From Cyanidioschyzon merolae (Eukaryota), in assembly GCA_000091205.1 (NCBI GenBank), contig AP006497.2: a stretch of DNA of 64,000 bases; one strand, 5' to 3'. The notes under the pieces were generated by a model. That model was given only the letters and a program-made list of their open reading frames with translations, was not told where the DNA came from and made no database searches. Below, piece after piece: positions 22,235 through 34,203 of the stretch; positions within the stretch are counted from its first letter, which is position 1; each line of letters opens with the position of its first letter. Both the position numbers and the translations under genes were made by a program.

Positions 22235-24590
22235 CTTCTCGTTGACTGCAAAAGGGAGGCAGCACCAGTGCTTTCGCTGCTCGGGCTCTGCTGGTCGAGA
22301 GGAAACGCGACTCACACACGGTTTCTGGGCCTCTGCAGTGCAGCCTCGTCTCCGGAAACGGTACGCTGATGCGACCGGGCAACCGAGTCGAGCGAGGCGG
22401 CGTTCGCGTCTGCGGTAGCTCCAGCAACGGCAAAAGCAGCAACCTCAGGAACGAGGATGCAAGCAACGTTGCGTATGTTGAGGCCGTCTACAGATTGGAT
22501 TTTTGCACGATACTTGTTCACAGTCGGACTGATGCGTGGCGGGTTTCAGGTGCCGCACGACTTGGGTGTTGGCATATGCTTCGGGGAATCTCAGCAGCAT
22601 CGAAACAACGTGCGTGTTTCAGTTCCTGGGGAAACTTAACAGCGCTGATAGAAAAGCACTGCTGGCGACGGAGTGTTGCGGTATTCGCCCTCCTGGTGTC
22701 GAGGTCGGCAAATGCCGCACCATAGTGTTGTGCGAAGCGACTGCATGCTCGACGAAAGCGTTGCGTATCGTCGGATGCTGAGAACGGCATGCGGCTGCCA
22801 AGTCAGCGGTGTGTCGCTGTTGCGGCCGGTGTCGTGCGCTTGGGGTTGGCATCCCGGCTTTTGGACGACATCTGCACCAGTTGAGCGGATACACTGAAAG
22901 ACCGGTCGCACGCTGGTTTTGTTTGCAAGTGCAACGAGCGTGGTGTCGGTGGAGCGTTATGCGCTCCTATCTCGATGCAGGGGCTCCTTCTTCAGAAAAG
23001 CGCTAAGCAGCATAAAAAACTGAGTGAACGAAGCGATCACTGGAGGCCCTAGCACACCTTTCCAGCTTTGGACGCTTTACGAGGGGCTTTTCTTATCGAC
23101 ATGTGCAGCAGCTCCCTTGCGGACGATAAACAGAACGACTTGGCGGAACGGCGACAGATTCATGTTCACGAAAGCGGAAACGTACCGCCCCTGCATCAAG
23201 TTCTCCAGATCCGCACTGCGAGGTTCCGCTGCCTCTGATGCATACCAGTACAACAAATCATCCGGTGCTTGTCTTGAAGGATGTTCGGGGACGTGTCAGA
23301 TGAAGGCACTGCAACCATGGCAGTCACTGGAGCGACATACGACGATGCCGTACTCTTCGAGACGATCCCTGCAACCGTACATGATGCAGCGTAGCGTCAC
23401 CATGGGATAAGCGTGCGTACCTTTGTCCGGTCGAAATAGGACTCTTGGCAAGGCGGCCTGCTCTTTCTGGTGGAGAATTCGATGCCAACTGGCATGCCAA
23501 GTACACAAATGGAAGTCATCGAGTCCCTAACCAACAATTTTTCATCCTAGAGCAAGAATCATGTATTCTTTTCTGATAAGAACGAAGAGTTTTACTCGCT
23601 TTCCACGCTCGTATGCTTTCTCGTTGAAAGACATGTACCGCAGCGATCGAGTGGCACAGCTAGACATGCTACAACGCACCGTTTCGTCTGGACCGTGCTT
23701 GACGCCCTTGCATCGTCATCACGACAGCGACATACTCGCTCCGGCAGCAAATAGTCCGACTTGCGAGCGGCGCTTATTTTTGTACAGAGAAGTCGTGCGC
23801 CGCAAGGACATGATCTACAATGACAATCACGATTTTCACTTGTGCTGCTGAAGACGCGTTGCCGCCTCGGACAGAGGCCGTGGAGGTCGCACCGCCTCCG
23901 CTCATTGCCCGTGAGTGGCTCTCGTTGATCCGGTTGCAACGCGCTGTCAGCGGGGAACGATTGCCACCTGGCGGGTGCACGCCCCTTCCCTCCGAGGCAG
24001 ACGTAAATAGTACGAATGCGGGAGAGCCTCTGACATGGCGCTCGAGGTCCCAGACGAACGGGCGAAACGCACGATGGCTGCACCACCACCGCAGATCGGT
24101 GAGTCGCTCTGCGCTCATTTTTGATCCAGTGTCTGTTGGATAGAACGCTTGCGGTGGTGGTCAACAGGCTGCAAAGTTTCGTTGCCGGGTCCGAAACGGG
24201 ACTGTATGAGGTACTTTTGGGATACGCGTGGAATCCAATGCAAGTGTCTTCAAGTGCATGTTCAAATGCTTGTCCCTAGACACATCCAGACATGCCTAGA
24301 GGGATGCACTGATCTCCATACGAATACGCATCGACTCATGTGCACAATTTTTCATGGATATTCATGGAGGCCTGAGCTTGGACACGCGTCCACAAATCCA
24401 AAGATCGTCGTATACACAGGTACTCACGGGAACACGCGACATGTGCGATCAGAAGATTGCACCATCGCTTCACAATGGAACGCAATGGTATCCTGGGCAG
24501 TAATATCGAAGTAAAGAACAAACGTATCGTGCACCAATTGCGCAGAGAAATCGTTTCCTTTTTAAAGATACAGTGTTTCGGCCTTGCTGA

Positions 24591-25571
24591 TTACCGACGA
24601 TGAATCGGAAGCAGTGCCTGGTTCCAGGCAAGAGTCCAGTGGTCGCTATCCTGGTCATTGATTGCTTGTTCGGAAGTATTCCGAATTGGAGCAAAATGCT
24701 TACACCGAATACGAAACGCTTCCCGCGAAGCTTCGCTCCATGCAATGCTGGTGGAAGCTCCACAAAGCACGAGACACGAACGTATGTCCCTAGCGGCCTT
24801 CAAGTCTCGATGCGGAAAGTGCTCGTGTGCCTGTGTTCCGATGCAATTCCACCTTAGTAAGGCATTGACGTGCGTATGCCTCACCAGGTGACATTCGGTC
24901 AGGTTATTCTCGTGCGTCAGCGCAAGCGACTGTCCCTGTTTGACGCACCTCTTCTCTAACTGTTTCAGAGCATATTGCTGCTCGTCATGCGCGAATGTCG
25001 TCTGGAATTCATCGATGGCATTCGTACAGAGTCGATTCTCGCATTCGAGGTACGATCTCGTTAACGGTGCCAGTCTACGACGTATTCGCACCACAGCACG
25101 CCCGGCGTCATTGACGACAACCACCAAAGGATGCGACTTGCCGATTGTTTCCTTTTCCAACACACTGAAAAAGTACGCGAATGAACGCTGCTTGCTCTTT
25201 TGCGACAGCGACCGTTGGCGCGCACAGCGCTGTCTCATAGGCTCCTGCCAAGGAGCTTCCGCCCGGGTCACGAGAACGCTCGTGTTCACTCTGAACGCAG
25301 CGTAGAATCCACGACATACGTACTGACTTTCTCTGTGGCAGCAAGCTGGTGGCAGGTACAACGCCCACGCGGTGCGCTTCGTGACGCGCTCGACACTGAC
25401 CCGTCTCTGGTGTTGGCTTTTACGGTTGGTTTTGATGCTTTCTGGCATCAGCGCTGTTGATCTTCCGATCATAAGCTCGACATGGTAACGCTTCCAGGTA
25501 TTCTGGGATACGCTTGAGCGCAAGTCGCGGATGCGACGATCAGGCAGTATGCTATGTTCTGTACTGAGCAT
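24591..25571 (-). CDS. Hypothetical protein (Cys/His-containing, no assigned family)
   Basis: 326-aa ORF with a true ATG. No diagnostic motif. Confidence 0.3.
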   Translation of the reverse strand: MLSTEHSILPDRRIRDLRSSVSQNTWKRYHVELMIGRSTALMPESIKTNRKSQHQRRVSVERVTKRTAWALYLPPACCHRESQYVCRGFYAAFRVNTSVLVTRAEAPWQEPMRQRCARQRSLSQKSKQRSFAYFFSVLEKETIGKSHPLVVVVNDAGRAVVRIRRRLAPLTRSYLECENRLCTNAIDEFQTTFAHDEQQYALKQLEKRCVKQGQSLALTHENNLTECHLVRHTHVNALLRWNCIGTQAHEHFPHRDLKAARDIRSCLVLCGASTSIAWSEASREAFRIRCKHFAPIRNTSEQAINDQDSDHWTLAWNQALLPIHRR

Positions 25572-26043
25572 CAGTTGTGTTGGCCTATGAATGGTTCATC
25601 GAAAAGTTGCCGAGAGAGACATGGACAGCTGGCATCTCAGCGTCCCGAACTCGTTCGAACAGTTGCTTGACGAGGTGCGTCGAGTTGACTGAAGCTGGGC
25701 GAGCCTTTCTTCGACTAGGGAGCTACATGCACCCTGATTACATCCTGCGTCTTTCGGTGCCGCGGATGCGAACGATTCGTTTATGGATCCGCAAGCGTAA
25801 AGCAGACGTTTTCAAACATAAAAGATGCGTTCGACGATACCGAACCAGGATGAATAGCCCAGAACAGAGGGCAGCTTCATGACGATTTTGACTAGGTGTG
25901 CCTCGGCCACATCCTTGCGTCGTGGTAGGTGACATGCTCTGGGTGCCGCAGCAAAGTCTATGCGAAGGACAAACCATGAAGATCACTTGGACGAAGGATG
26001 ACGTGATGAACGATCCCGTCTATTTTGCGATTTTCGAGGCGTC

Positions 26044-26063
26044 CACACACACACACACACACA
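26044..26063. repeat. (CA)10 microsatellite
   Basis: cacacacacacacacacaca. Confidence 0.9.
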
Positions 26064-27357
26064 ATGGAATCGCCCGCGTGGCAGCTGTTGTTGATATCTT
26101 CGCTCGTCCCGGCTTTACGAAGAGCGGCTTGACCCGCTTCGAGTACCAGTATACCTGTGTAACCATTTTTCTCTGATGTCGTCTCATCGAGTGAGCCAAA
26201 GACTCGTCATGCCCGTTACATGGATCCGCATTTGAGTACGAAATCGATAGTGGATTGTTGAGCGCTCGACAGTCCCGCATGGAATCATGTTCTCTCCTGT
26301 GTCCATCCGTGTCGCTTCAATGCCGTTCGTATCAGCAGTACGGAAACTTCGCATCCTATGGCTCCTTCCGTCGTGTTTCGTAACGCACATCTGGAGTGGA
26401 ATGGATTGACGAGAAGACCGTCGTACAGCTAGTGTCTGAAAAGTTCTGTTGTGGGTGCATGATGCCTGGGACAAAGAAGACGACGAGAAGAGGCCGGCAT
26501 CCAGCTGCAGATGGTAGAGTAACGGACTTGGACGAGTCAAGCACCTCTGACACGCTAGCACTGCCATCATCGACTCTCTCAGTAAGCTTTCTCCAATCTA
26601 CCGATGTCAATGCATCTGTGAAATATCTGCGAGAGACACCAACAAAACAAAAAGAGCGTACTGGTCCAGACATCGCAGAATTCCCTGCCCGGAGGCTAAC
26701 AATCCAGCCGAACGCATGTCTCTCGATGGAGGCCAGCACTCGCGCTCTCCCAATGCTCTGCAGGTGCACGCACCGTGGAGCGCAAGTGTGTAGGAGTGTT
26801 TGGTGCCTCTTACAGACCGCAGTCACGAAATCCGTATCGCTCTATTCACTAGACCCTCGTATGTGCCCGAGCGATATTCCATCGACTTGCTACTGGTCCG
26901 GGGCCGCCCGCTTATTCCATCACCAAGACATACCGAGGTGAACCTGCGACGCCCACAACGAAGCCTGTTCCCTCGGACGATAATGTCGCACCACGAATGC
27001 GGTAACGCTTTTGACAGTTTGGGTATTTAGCAAACACGCAGCTCGAGCTGTACCGAGCGTCAATCTTCTCTATCCCAGAAGACATTGACCGAATCAGAGA
27101 CCGATATCGAGATGGCAAAGCGCGACCCACACCCATACACTTACACATCCGCCTGAAGCGAGATGAGGAGCGGTTCCTTGCGCACTCACCACTCCGGGAC
27201 CGTACAATGTCTATACGCTAAACATGACAACGCTGCACAGCAGAATATCTGTTGACCCTTGTGGTTATCTCTCGGACTTGGCCACAGCGTACGTCTCATG
27301 GAAGCGCGTTCTCGCTGGACCAAATGCTCGAATGGCTCTTCGTCAATCGGTGCACGC

Positions 27358-27667
27358 GAACGCCTCACATCAGCACGAATAGAGCCTAGGTACGTCATGA
27401 AACGAACGCCTAAAGCCCTGAACGCCTCACATCAGCACGAATAGAGCCTAGGTACGTCATGAAACGAACGCCTAAAGCCCTGAACGCCTCACATCAGCAC
27501 GAATAGAGCCTAGGTACGTCATGAAACGAACGCCTAAAGCCCTGAACGCCTCACATCAGCACGAATAGAGCCTAGGTACGTCATGAAACGAACGCCTAAA
27601 GCCCTGAACGCCTCACATCAGCACGAATAGAGCCTAGGTACGTCATGAAACGAACGCCTAAAGCCCT
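27358..27667. repeat. Tandem repeat, 62-bp unit x 5.0, near-identical copies
   Basis: The unit gaacgcctcacatcagcacgaatagagcctaggtacgtcatgaaacgaacgcctaaagccct is repeated head-to-tail, starting at 27358, 27420, 27482, 27544 and 27606. It overlaps the stop codon and 3' end of the 27658-28650 ORF. Confidence 0.95.
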
Positions 27668-28650
27668 GTGGCTTTCGACGTGCCCTCTCGTTGGGTATTT
27701 CGGCCGCGATTCCATTCCCCGTCAAGGTCGTAGAGACGCAACTCCAGCGCTCTGTTTCGTCTTTGCAATGTTTCCACCTCGTCAGAGAGGTGAAGTGACT
27801 TGAGCTTGAGGGCTTCGTAGGCCTCTCGCGTCGCATCCAAGGCTGTCTCAAGCTCTAGAACTCGCTTTCGGAGCGACTGCACTTGGTACTCAAGTCGCTC
27901 TCGTTCCGACTCTGCATTGGCGGCTGCGACTTTGGTCTCGACCAGCAAGCGCTCATAATCTTCTAAAGACGAAGGTTCCACACGTAAAAGTTCAGCGATA
28001 GACAGGCGCTCGACTTGTTCGGTATCCCAGTTCCCGGTTGATGACGTGGCTGGCGTCGGGCGTTGGCGTGACTCGTCGACACGGTCGTGCTGCAGCGTGT
28101 CCCCAGAAGTCCCGATACTGAGGTGTTCAGAACAAGTCACCAGCGACTTTGCCGGAGAGCACGCTTGTTCCGCGACGCGCCTCCGACTTGATGCTTCACG
28201 CGTTTCACCGGGGACAGCTTCCAGCGGCTCTTTTGAGGTGCGGCTCGATGAGCAAGTGTCAGCTGATGCGCAGCCTCTGTCCGTGCCGCCACGCGCTGCC
28301 AAGGCGGCTGTCGTGACTTGCACTCCAGGCAGCGATTCGTCTGTACATTCGTTGCTGAGAGCGTTTGAATTGAGGCCCGTCGCGTGTTCACCTCGCGTTG
28401 CGTCTCGACCGGTGGGGCAGCGCGCACTGGACGCGTCGCTTCCAGCGCTCGTCGACATGGGTAGGCAAGCGACTTTTGCCTTTTCTAAAACCAAAACCGG
28501 TACCGACCAACGGTGCACCCTGGTGCTGGCTAGTGTGTCTCTCGTCGGCTTGAGCAGCACGTTCACACACCGTCTCCACTGTGAGGCACAACGAAGCGCT
28601 TTTCCACGCGTCAACTCTCTGAAACGTCCAGGTAACGCGCACCGATGCAT
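27658..28650 (-). CDS. Hypothetical coiled-coil protein
   Basis: ATG start. The C-terminal ~110 aa show a strong heptad coiled-coil pattern (..RLEYQVQSLRKRVLELETALDATREAYEALKLKSLHLSDEVETLQRRNRALELRLYDL..). The N-terminal half is Ser/Ala/Thr-rich. Confidence 0.45.
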   Translation of the reverse strand: MHRCALPGRFRELTRGKALRCASQWRRCVNVLLKPTRDTLASTRVHRWSVPVLVLEKAKVACLPMSTSAGSDASSARCPTGRDATRGEHATGLNSNALSNECTDESLPGVQVTTAALAARGGTDRGCASADTCSSSRTSKEPLEAVPGETREASSRRRVAEQACSPAKSLVTCSEHLSIGTSGDTLQHDRVDESRQRPTPATSSTGNWDTEQVERLSIAELLRVEPSSLEDYERLLVETKVAAANAESERERLEYQVQSLRKRVLELETALDATREAYEALKLKSLHLSDEVETLQRRNRALELRLYDLDGEWNRGRNTQREGTSKATGL

Positions 28651-29293
28651 CGCATTAGAAACGCTTTCATACCTGAACAGGTACAGCCAAGAGCATTCTG
28701 ACTGTTGGACTAGCGTACACTCATTTCATCGTAAATAGGAAAAAGATCGACAATGACTATTCACAAGTATACACTAAAGCACTGGTACTGTCCCTATTGT
28801 CATCAACATCGGCCTTTGCTCGCCTTTTCTATGACTGCTTCCAGTTCGGATCTCTTATCTCCGGCTTCAAGTACGTCAGTTTCTCAAGTGCCTCCAGATA
28901 CGTTCTCAGCAGTCCACGGATGTTGATGGGAGCGTTCAAGTCCCGATTTTGGAGCTTTCGGATGGTGTCAACATTATTTATGTTCTGGTGCAAGTTGCGA
29001 TCTACGCTTCGCTGGATATAGATAGAGCTTCTCTATGGAGAACCTCGGTACACCCTTCGCTGCAGGAACACTGGGCCATGGTCAAGTCTTTGAACATCTC
29101 GACAACGTGTTGCCTCTTCCTGGGTCTGCCCCGTTGCACGTGGATGCTTGCTTCATCGCCCAGCACATGCCCTTGACCGGTACATAGGGCTTCCATTAAT
29201 GCCCCACTTCGTATCGATACTTGGTGCAGTCCACACCGGTGACGGGACTCCTTCTGGGCGATTTGCCAGGCGAGTACGCTTGAAGCTGCACAC

Positions 29294-29680
29294 GCAAGCG
29301 TACGCCGTTCTACTCGATAGATGATAAGCGGATTCCGATGTCTTCCATGATGAAACAGCAAGCGTACGCCGTTCTACTCGATAGATGAGAAACGGATTCC
29401 GATGTCTTCCATGATGAAACAGCAAGCGCGCGCCGTTCTACTCGATCGATGATAAGCGGATTCCGATGTCTTCCATGATGAAACAGCAAGCGTACGCCGT
29501 TCTACTCGATCGATGATAAGCGGATTCCGATGTCTTCCATGATGAAACAGCAAGCGCGCGCCGTTCTACTCGATCGATGATAAGCGGATTCCGATGTCTT
29601 CCATGATGAAACAGCAAGCGCGCGCCGTTCTACTCGATCGATGATAAGCGGATTCCGATGTCTTCCATGATGAAACAAGC
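29294..29680. repeat. Tandem minisatellite, 64-bp unit x ~6
   Basis: Unit gcaagcg[ta/cg]cgccgttctactcgat[a/c]gatgataagcggattccgatgtcttccatgatgaaaca, starting at 29294, 29358, 29422, 29486, 29550 and 29614. The short minus-strand ORFs here (MLFHHGRHRNP...) are created by the repeat. Confidence 0.95.
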
Positions 29681-31572
29681 ACCGGATGAAACATCCACGC
29701 TCGAGAACATGCTTAGATCTTTCGATCCATCTACGCTCCCTTCTTGCAAAGTGGCAGTGAACGCTCCCTTGCATCGATCGCTACGTGAATTCAAGTCCGA
29801 GTCCATGACCGGGTTCCATGTAAACAGAAGAGACGCGAGGTACTCGAAGTGTATGTATTGAACGGAATCATGCTGTGGTGGAAAGCCGTTTCGTCGATGT
29901 CTACGTAGAAAGGAGGATTTCTCTTTCTAACGGGATGGATGATTTCAAGTGGCAGGGTCAGTGAATGTTCTGCAGGCGCTTATGAAGAGGTTTCGATATC
30001 GAACGTCGAGCTTGTTTTCTTCGGCAGAACGGCGGCGCGCGTTGCTGCACCTGCATTCAGACTTGAAACACGAAGGTCAAAAAATGGAAGCATGCTCACT
30101 TCGATCATGTTCTATATCAAGAAAACGGGAAGACTCGGAACTTGCACATTTGCATTGTATCATCATGTCGGATAGTTCACGAATCTCTGTTCGAGGGTGT
30201 CTGGTACCAGATTGATTCCGGTGACGTTTCCACTTGGTGCGGCAAATCGTCGACAGAGCCACTAGGTTCCGGTCGATACCCCTTCAAACTGTGTATGAAT
30301 CCGCAAGCCGTTCCTGCGACACATGAAACGTCCAGACTGTACAGCTGGAAATAGTTTGGAAAGAAGCTCGAGTCCAGGAACACATCGTGCACTACAGTGT
30401 TCCATTTTAATATGAAACGGATGTTGAGGGTCGAAACGGGAAAATCAAAGCGTTCCGGTGACGTCAAACGCTTCGAATCGTGTTTGGGTATGTTCGTATC
30501 GTCATGTTTAGAGCAGTACGGCAGATCAGGCGTCTCGTTCGCCTTGAACGAAACCATTGGCAAGATACGCTTCATGGGTGGACATGGCGCGGTGCTACCA
30601 TTGTTCACGTGTCCCGCTATTGCCTAGCACTGTCATCCCTTCGATGATAATCTGGTAGAATGCAGACTACTCAACAGGGAATCATAAACGCTTGCGCTGG
30701 GGTCGGTGGCACTGCTTTCGTCGCTTCACGCCAGCTCTGAACGAAGGCTTCACCCCGTCCAGATTCTTGCGCCGATTTCTTTGAAGGCGATCCTGTCTCT
30801 GAAAGAGTCGAACTTCGTACTGGGACCGGTTCCAAGGCTTTTGTATCGGTGCTGCACCTATAGGTGCTCGAACGGAGAATCATCTATCGTCAGGGGCGTA
30901 CACCTTGAGCGCCTGCATGGAACGGCACAGGCGGGTCCGTCTTGCATCACCGACGAATGCCGAGCGTGTTTGTGCCGAATCCAGTATTTTCGTATCATCG
31001 GTGTAGAGGCTACTACAAAGAACAAGTCGAAAAACGGATGGAATCAGTGTCCGTAGATATTTAAGGGTGTATGCGGCTCGTCATGCAGAGCGCTTTTGAT
31101 ACAGACAGGCAGTCATGCCGGCATCAACGCCGGCGACGAATGCTCTTCGCTAGAAATACCCAGCTGGTTCCTGCTCTGCAAACAATTTTAGGACTATACA
31201 CGGCATCCGCTGAGCAGGAGTCCTCGCCTATCCCATGTGGTGTTGCGATGCATGGTCGCCTTATCGCCACTGGTTAGCGCCAGCGACGAGCGCAGAGACG
31301 CTTTCGAGTGTATGGCGAGAGGCATCTGCCGGCATTTAAGGCTCACGCGGGCGCTGTTAGTGAGCGATAAGTACAAATCGTATACTACATGGTTCACCAC
31401 GAGACGCCTTCACAATCGGGTACAGAGAGCGCTGCAGACAGCGCAAGTTGCCATGTTCACCAGCTGCTGCACTTTCTACCTCATCCGCGAGAGTCTCGGG
31501 CTGTTTCCACACCACGAGAAGCAGCAAAAGAGGCGATGCAACAACGGATCCTGGACGTGCGCCTGCTTGTCT

Positions 31573-32886
31573 CTACTCGTTGTTGTTGCTGCTGTTGCTG
31601 CTCTCCATTCGAAGTCGTCTAAGGAGCATGGGTAGACGACGGGCGCGCACGCCCCGCATCACCTTATCCAGCCGTTCGAGCGCACTGCGCATCTCCAGGA
31701 GACGTTGTCGCTCTGCTGTTTCTGGTGTAGTATGATGGGCCAGCCAGAAACTAATCCTCGTGACCGCCTGTACGCGACTGCCTCGTCCCTCTGGACCGCT
31801 TCGCGCTGGCGACCGGGGACTCGTCTCCGACTCGGTCTCACACTGCGTCAGCTCCGACAGCGACGGCTCTTCCATGGTACCCAGCACCGGCGTCAAGCCG
31901 TGCAACTCCGGCGAGACGCTGCCCTGTGATGCAGGTGTAAAAAGCTCCACCCGTGCCGCATCGAAAGCGAACTCCAAAGCGTCTCGAATCAGAGAAACAA
32001 AGCGCGTCCTGAGCTCGGGATCGGGTCCTCGACCGTTCAAATAGGCGACGTCAGGGTTTTCAGTCTCTGACTCTGAATCCTCATTCCAGAGCTCTACTCG
32101 CGCAACCACATAGCCATCCACGATGTGGACCGTTTCCGGGATAATCCTAAAGCGATTGATCCCAATCACGTCAATGAGACTGCGTCCATCGCCAAGTCGT
32201 TCACAGTCCGTGACTTGGAGAACCGTGCCTACGGTGGCCATGAACGGATGCCCACCCGCTGCCCGTATAACGTTGAGCCCAGCGGGTGGTTGTCGGAATA
32301 CGGCTACGAAGCCGAACTGCCTTGAACTGGCCATGACTCGACGCAGCATCAAACGGTATCGAGGTTCGAAAATGTGCAGTTGGATTCTCTGATAAGGAAA
32401 CACCGCCTCATCCAGCAGAAAAAGCGGCAACCAGCGGATTCTTTGGTTCACAGTCACAGCTGGGCCGCTCGTCACAGGCACTGTTGTCTCGGTGGTACCG
32501 CTGCTCCTGCTGCTGTTCCCACTGTTACTGGCAGGCTGCGTCTCCACCGGGGGCGTTCCGTCTGGTGCTACTGCTGCTGTTGCTGCAGGTGCGTCAAACT
32601 GGTGTGTGCACTCTCGTTCTTCTTCAATAGCACGCTGACGGTACACATCGGGAAATAGCTCCTCGCATACCTTCGCAACTGCTACCGTAACAGGGTGCTT
32701 TTCAGAGTCTACGTACAGCACTGTCCGGCATATTGGACAGTACGATGCGTGGTCCAGTGCTCGAGCTAGGCAACTGCGGCAGAACGTATGTCCACAAGGT
32801 GTTGTCAGCGGTTCGTATAAAAGACGCATGCACAAAGGACAATCAAGACCATACCGCTCAAAGTTTTGTTCATCGACAGTCTCCAT
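31573..32886 (-). CDS. LON substrate-binding (N-terminal) domain + RING finger protein (LONRF-like E3 ligase)
   Basis: C3HC4 RING: CPLCMRLLYEPLTTPCGHTFCRSCLARALDHASYCPICR. LON N-domain: LPLFLLDEAVFPYQRIQLHIFEPRYRLMLRRV..GFVAV. The track start 32904 is TTG, so the start was re-anchored on the ATG at 32886 (METVDEQ..). Confidence 0.8.
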   Translation of the reverse strand: METVDEQNFERYGLDCPLCMRLLYEPLTTPCGHTFCRSCLARALDHASYCPICRTVLYVDSEKHPVTVAVAKVCEELFPDVYRQRAIEEERECTHQFDAPAATAAVAPDGTPPVETQPASNSGNSSRSSGTTETTVPVTSGPAVTVNQRIRWLPLFLLDEAVFPYQRIQLHIFEPRYRLMLRRVMASSRQFGFVAVFRQPPAGLNVIRAAGGHPFMATVGTVLQVTDCERLGDGRSLIDVIGINRFRIIPETVHIVDGYVVARVELWNEDSESETENPDVAYLNGRGPDPELRTRFVSLIRDALEFAFDAARVELFTPASQGSVSPELHGLTPVLGTMEEPSLSELTQCETESETSPRSPARSGPEGRGSRVQAVTRISFWLAHHTTPETAERQRLLEMRSALERLDKVMRGVRARRLPMLLRRLRMESSNSSNNNE

Positions 32887-34203
32887 GAACGTGAACACGC
32901 GCAACGTTGCGCTGCAGACAAGTTGCGATGAACGCAGGGTGCTGCGGAGGCGCTACGCACGAGCTGCTTGCTCGTGGATACGTTATGGAGTTTGTTTGGA
33001 AAAAGCACGCTTCCTACGGGGGCACATCTTTGATGTGCTGGAAGCTCGACAGAGTCTTTAGATGATCAAGGGTGCGGTGTTGGCGGTTGTTTGGACTAGA
33101 TTCAGGTCCGTCGGGGGCAGCTGTACCCGCACCGAACACCGCTTGAATCCATCGAATCGGACGTTTGGTTCAAGCAATAAAAAGTTTCGTTGAATGCCTG
33201 CGTACAACTGGTGCGTTGGTGCTGCACAGTCTTTGCGTAGGGCAGGCCCGCTCATTGAAGCACAGTGCAGATGGGTGCACGAGACCGCCAACTGTGATAG
33301 AGTGTTTTCAAAAGAGTACGGGTTGTTGTGGCGCAGCTTCGAGTTGGAACAAACATGCTCTCCATGTACGCCGTTGGGAGTCGTGCTCGCAATCCCAGTC
33401 TGGTTGCGTCGGCTTTTAAGCTAAAATCTAGCTGCAAAACACTCTGCAACGAGCATATTCTGATCCGCACTGCACATATAAGGCTGTTCCGCCTTTGCTA
33501 TGCGAAAAAGTCTGGTACGGAGCAAACTTCATCTACAGAATCCAAGCTATGCAACTTCATGATCAACGAAGACTGCAGTACGGCAGACGATCACTCTGGC
33601 GAGGGTCAAAGATGTGCACCTGGACCCCAACGCGCAGTGCGGAGCACTTCATTCATGATTCCTATAACTGTCTCCTCTTGCTGAAATCATGAACGCTTTC
33701 GGATGCTCTCTCCGCTGAGTAAGCAGTTTATTTCGCGCATGCCGTGGGCTTTCCCCCGGGGAAATGCCGTATCCCTCTCCCACACAGGCGATGCCAACTG
33801 CTCAGAAACCTGTTTAAAAACCTATGTTTTGGGTGTCCGCTCTAAGCACCATCACTGAATACCTTGCGAGAAACGCAGAGCACGCCGCCATCTGCGAACT
33901 TCGAGCGAAAGAGTACACTGCGTGCCGGCTGTTTCGACAAGCGCAACTTGTATCTGACGCATGCGGAGCTGTACCGCGCTTGTTCGTCGATATGCCACAG
34001 TTATTGGATTTGCATATAAAATTACAAGCGATCGTAACTCGTCATCCAGTCAATAGCACGCTACCCGTCCAAGACGGATGAACAACGAACCGAAGATAGC
34101 CGCATTTGATGTCCACCAGGTCATGACGTCGACGCGCTTCGACTTTCTTATAACCAGTGCCAGCTGTGCAATGCTCTCTTCTTCCTGATTGCATAGAGTC
34201 CGT

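Noticed and set aside
23592-24164. 190-aa minus-strand ORF in the 22.3-24.6 kb interval
   Set aside because: Composition-driven (Arg/Ser/Cys-rich), with overlapping ORFs in other frames and no domain.
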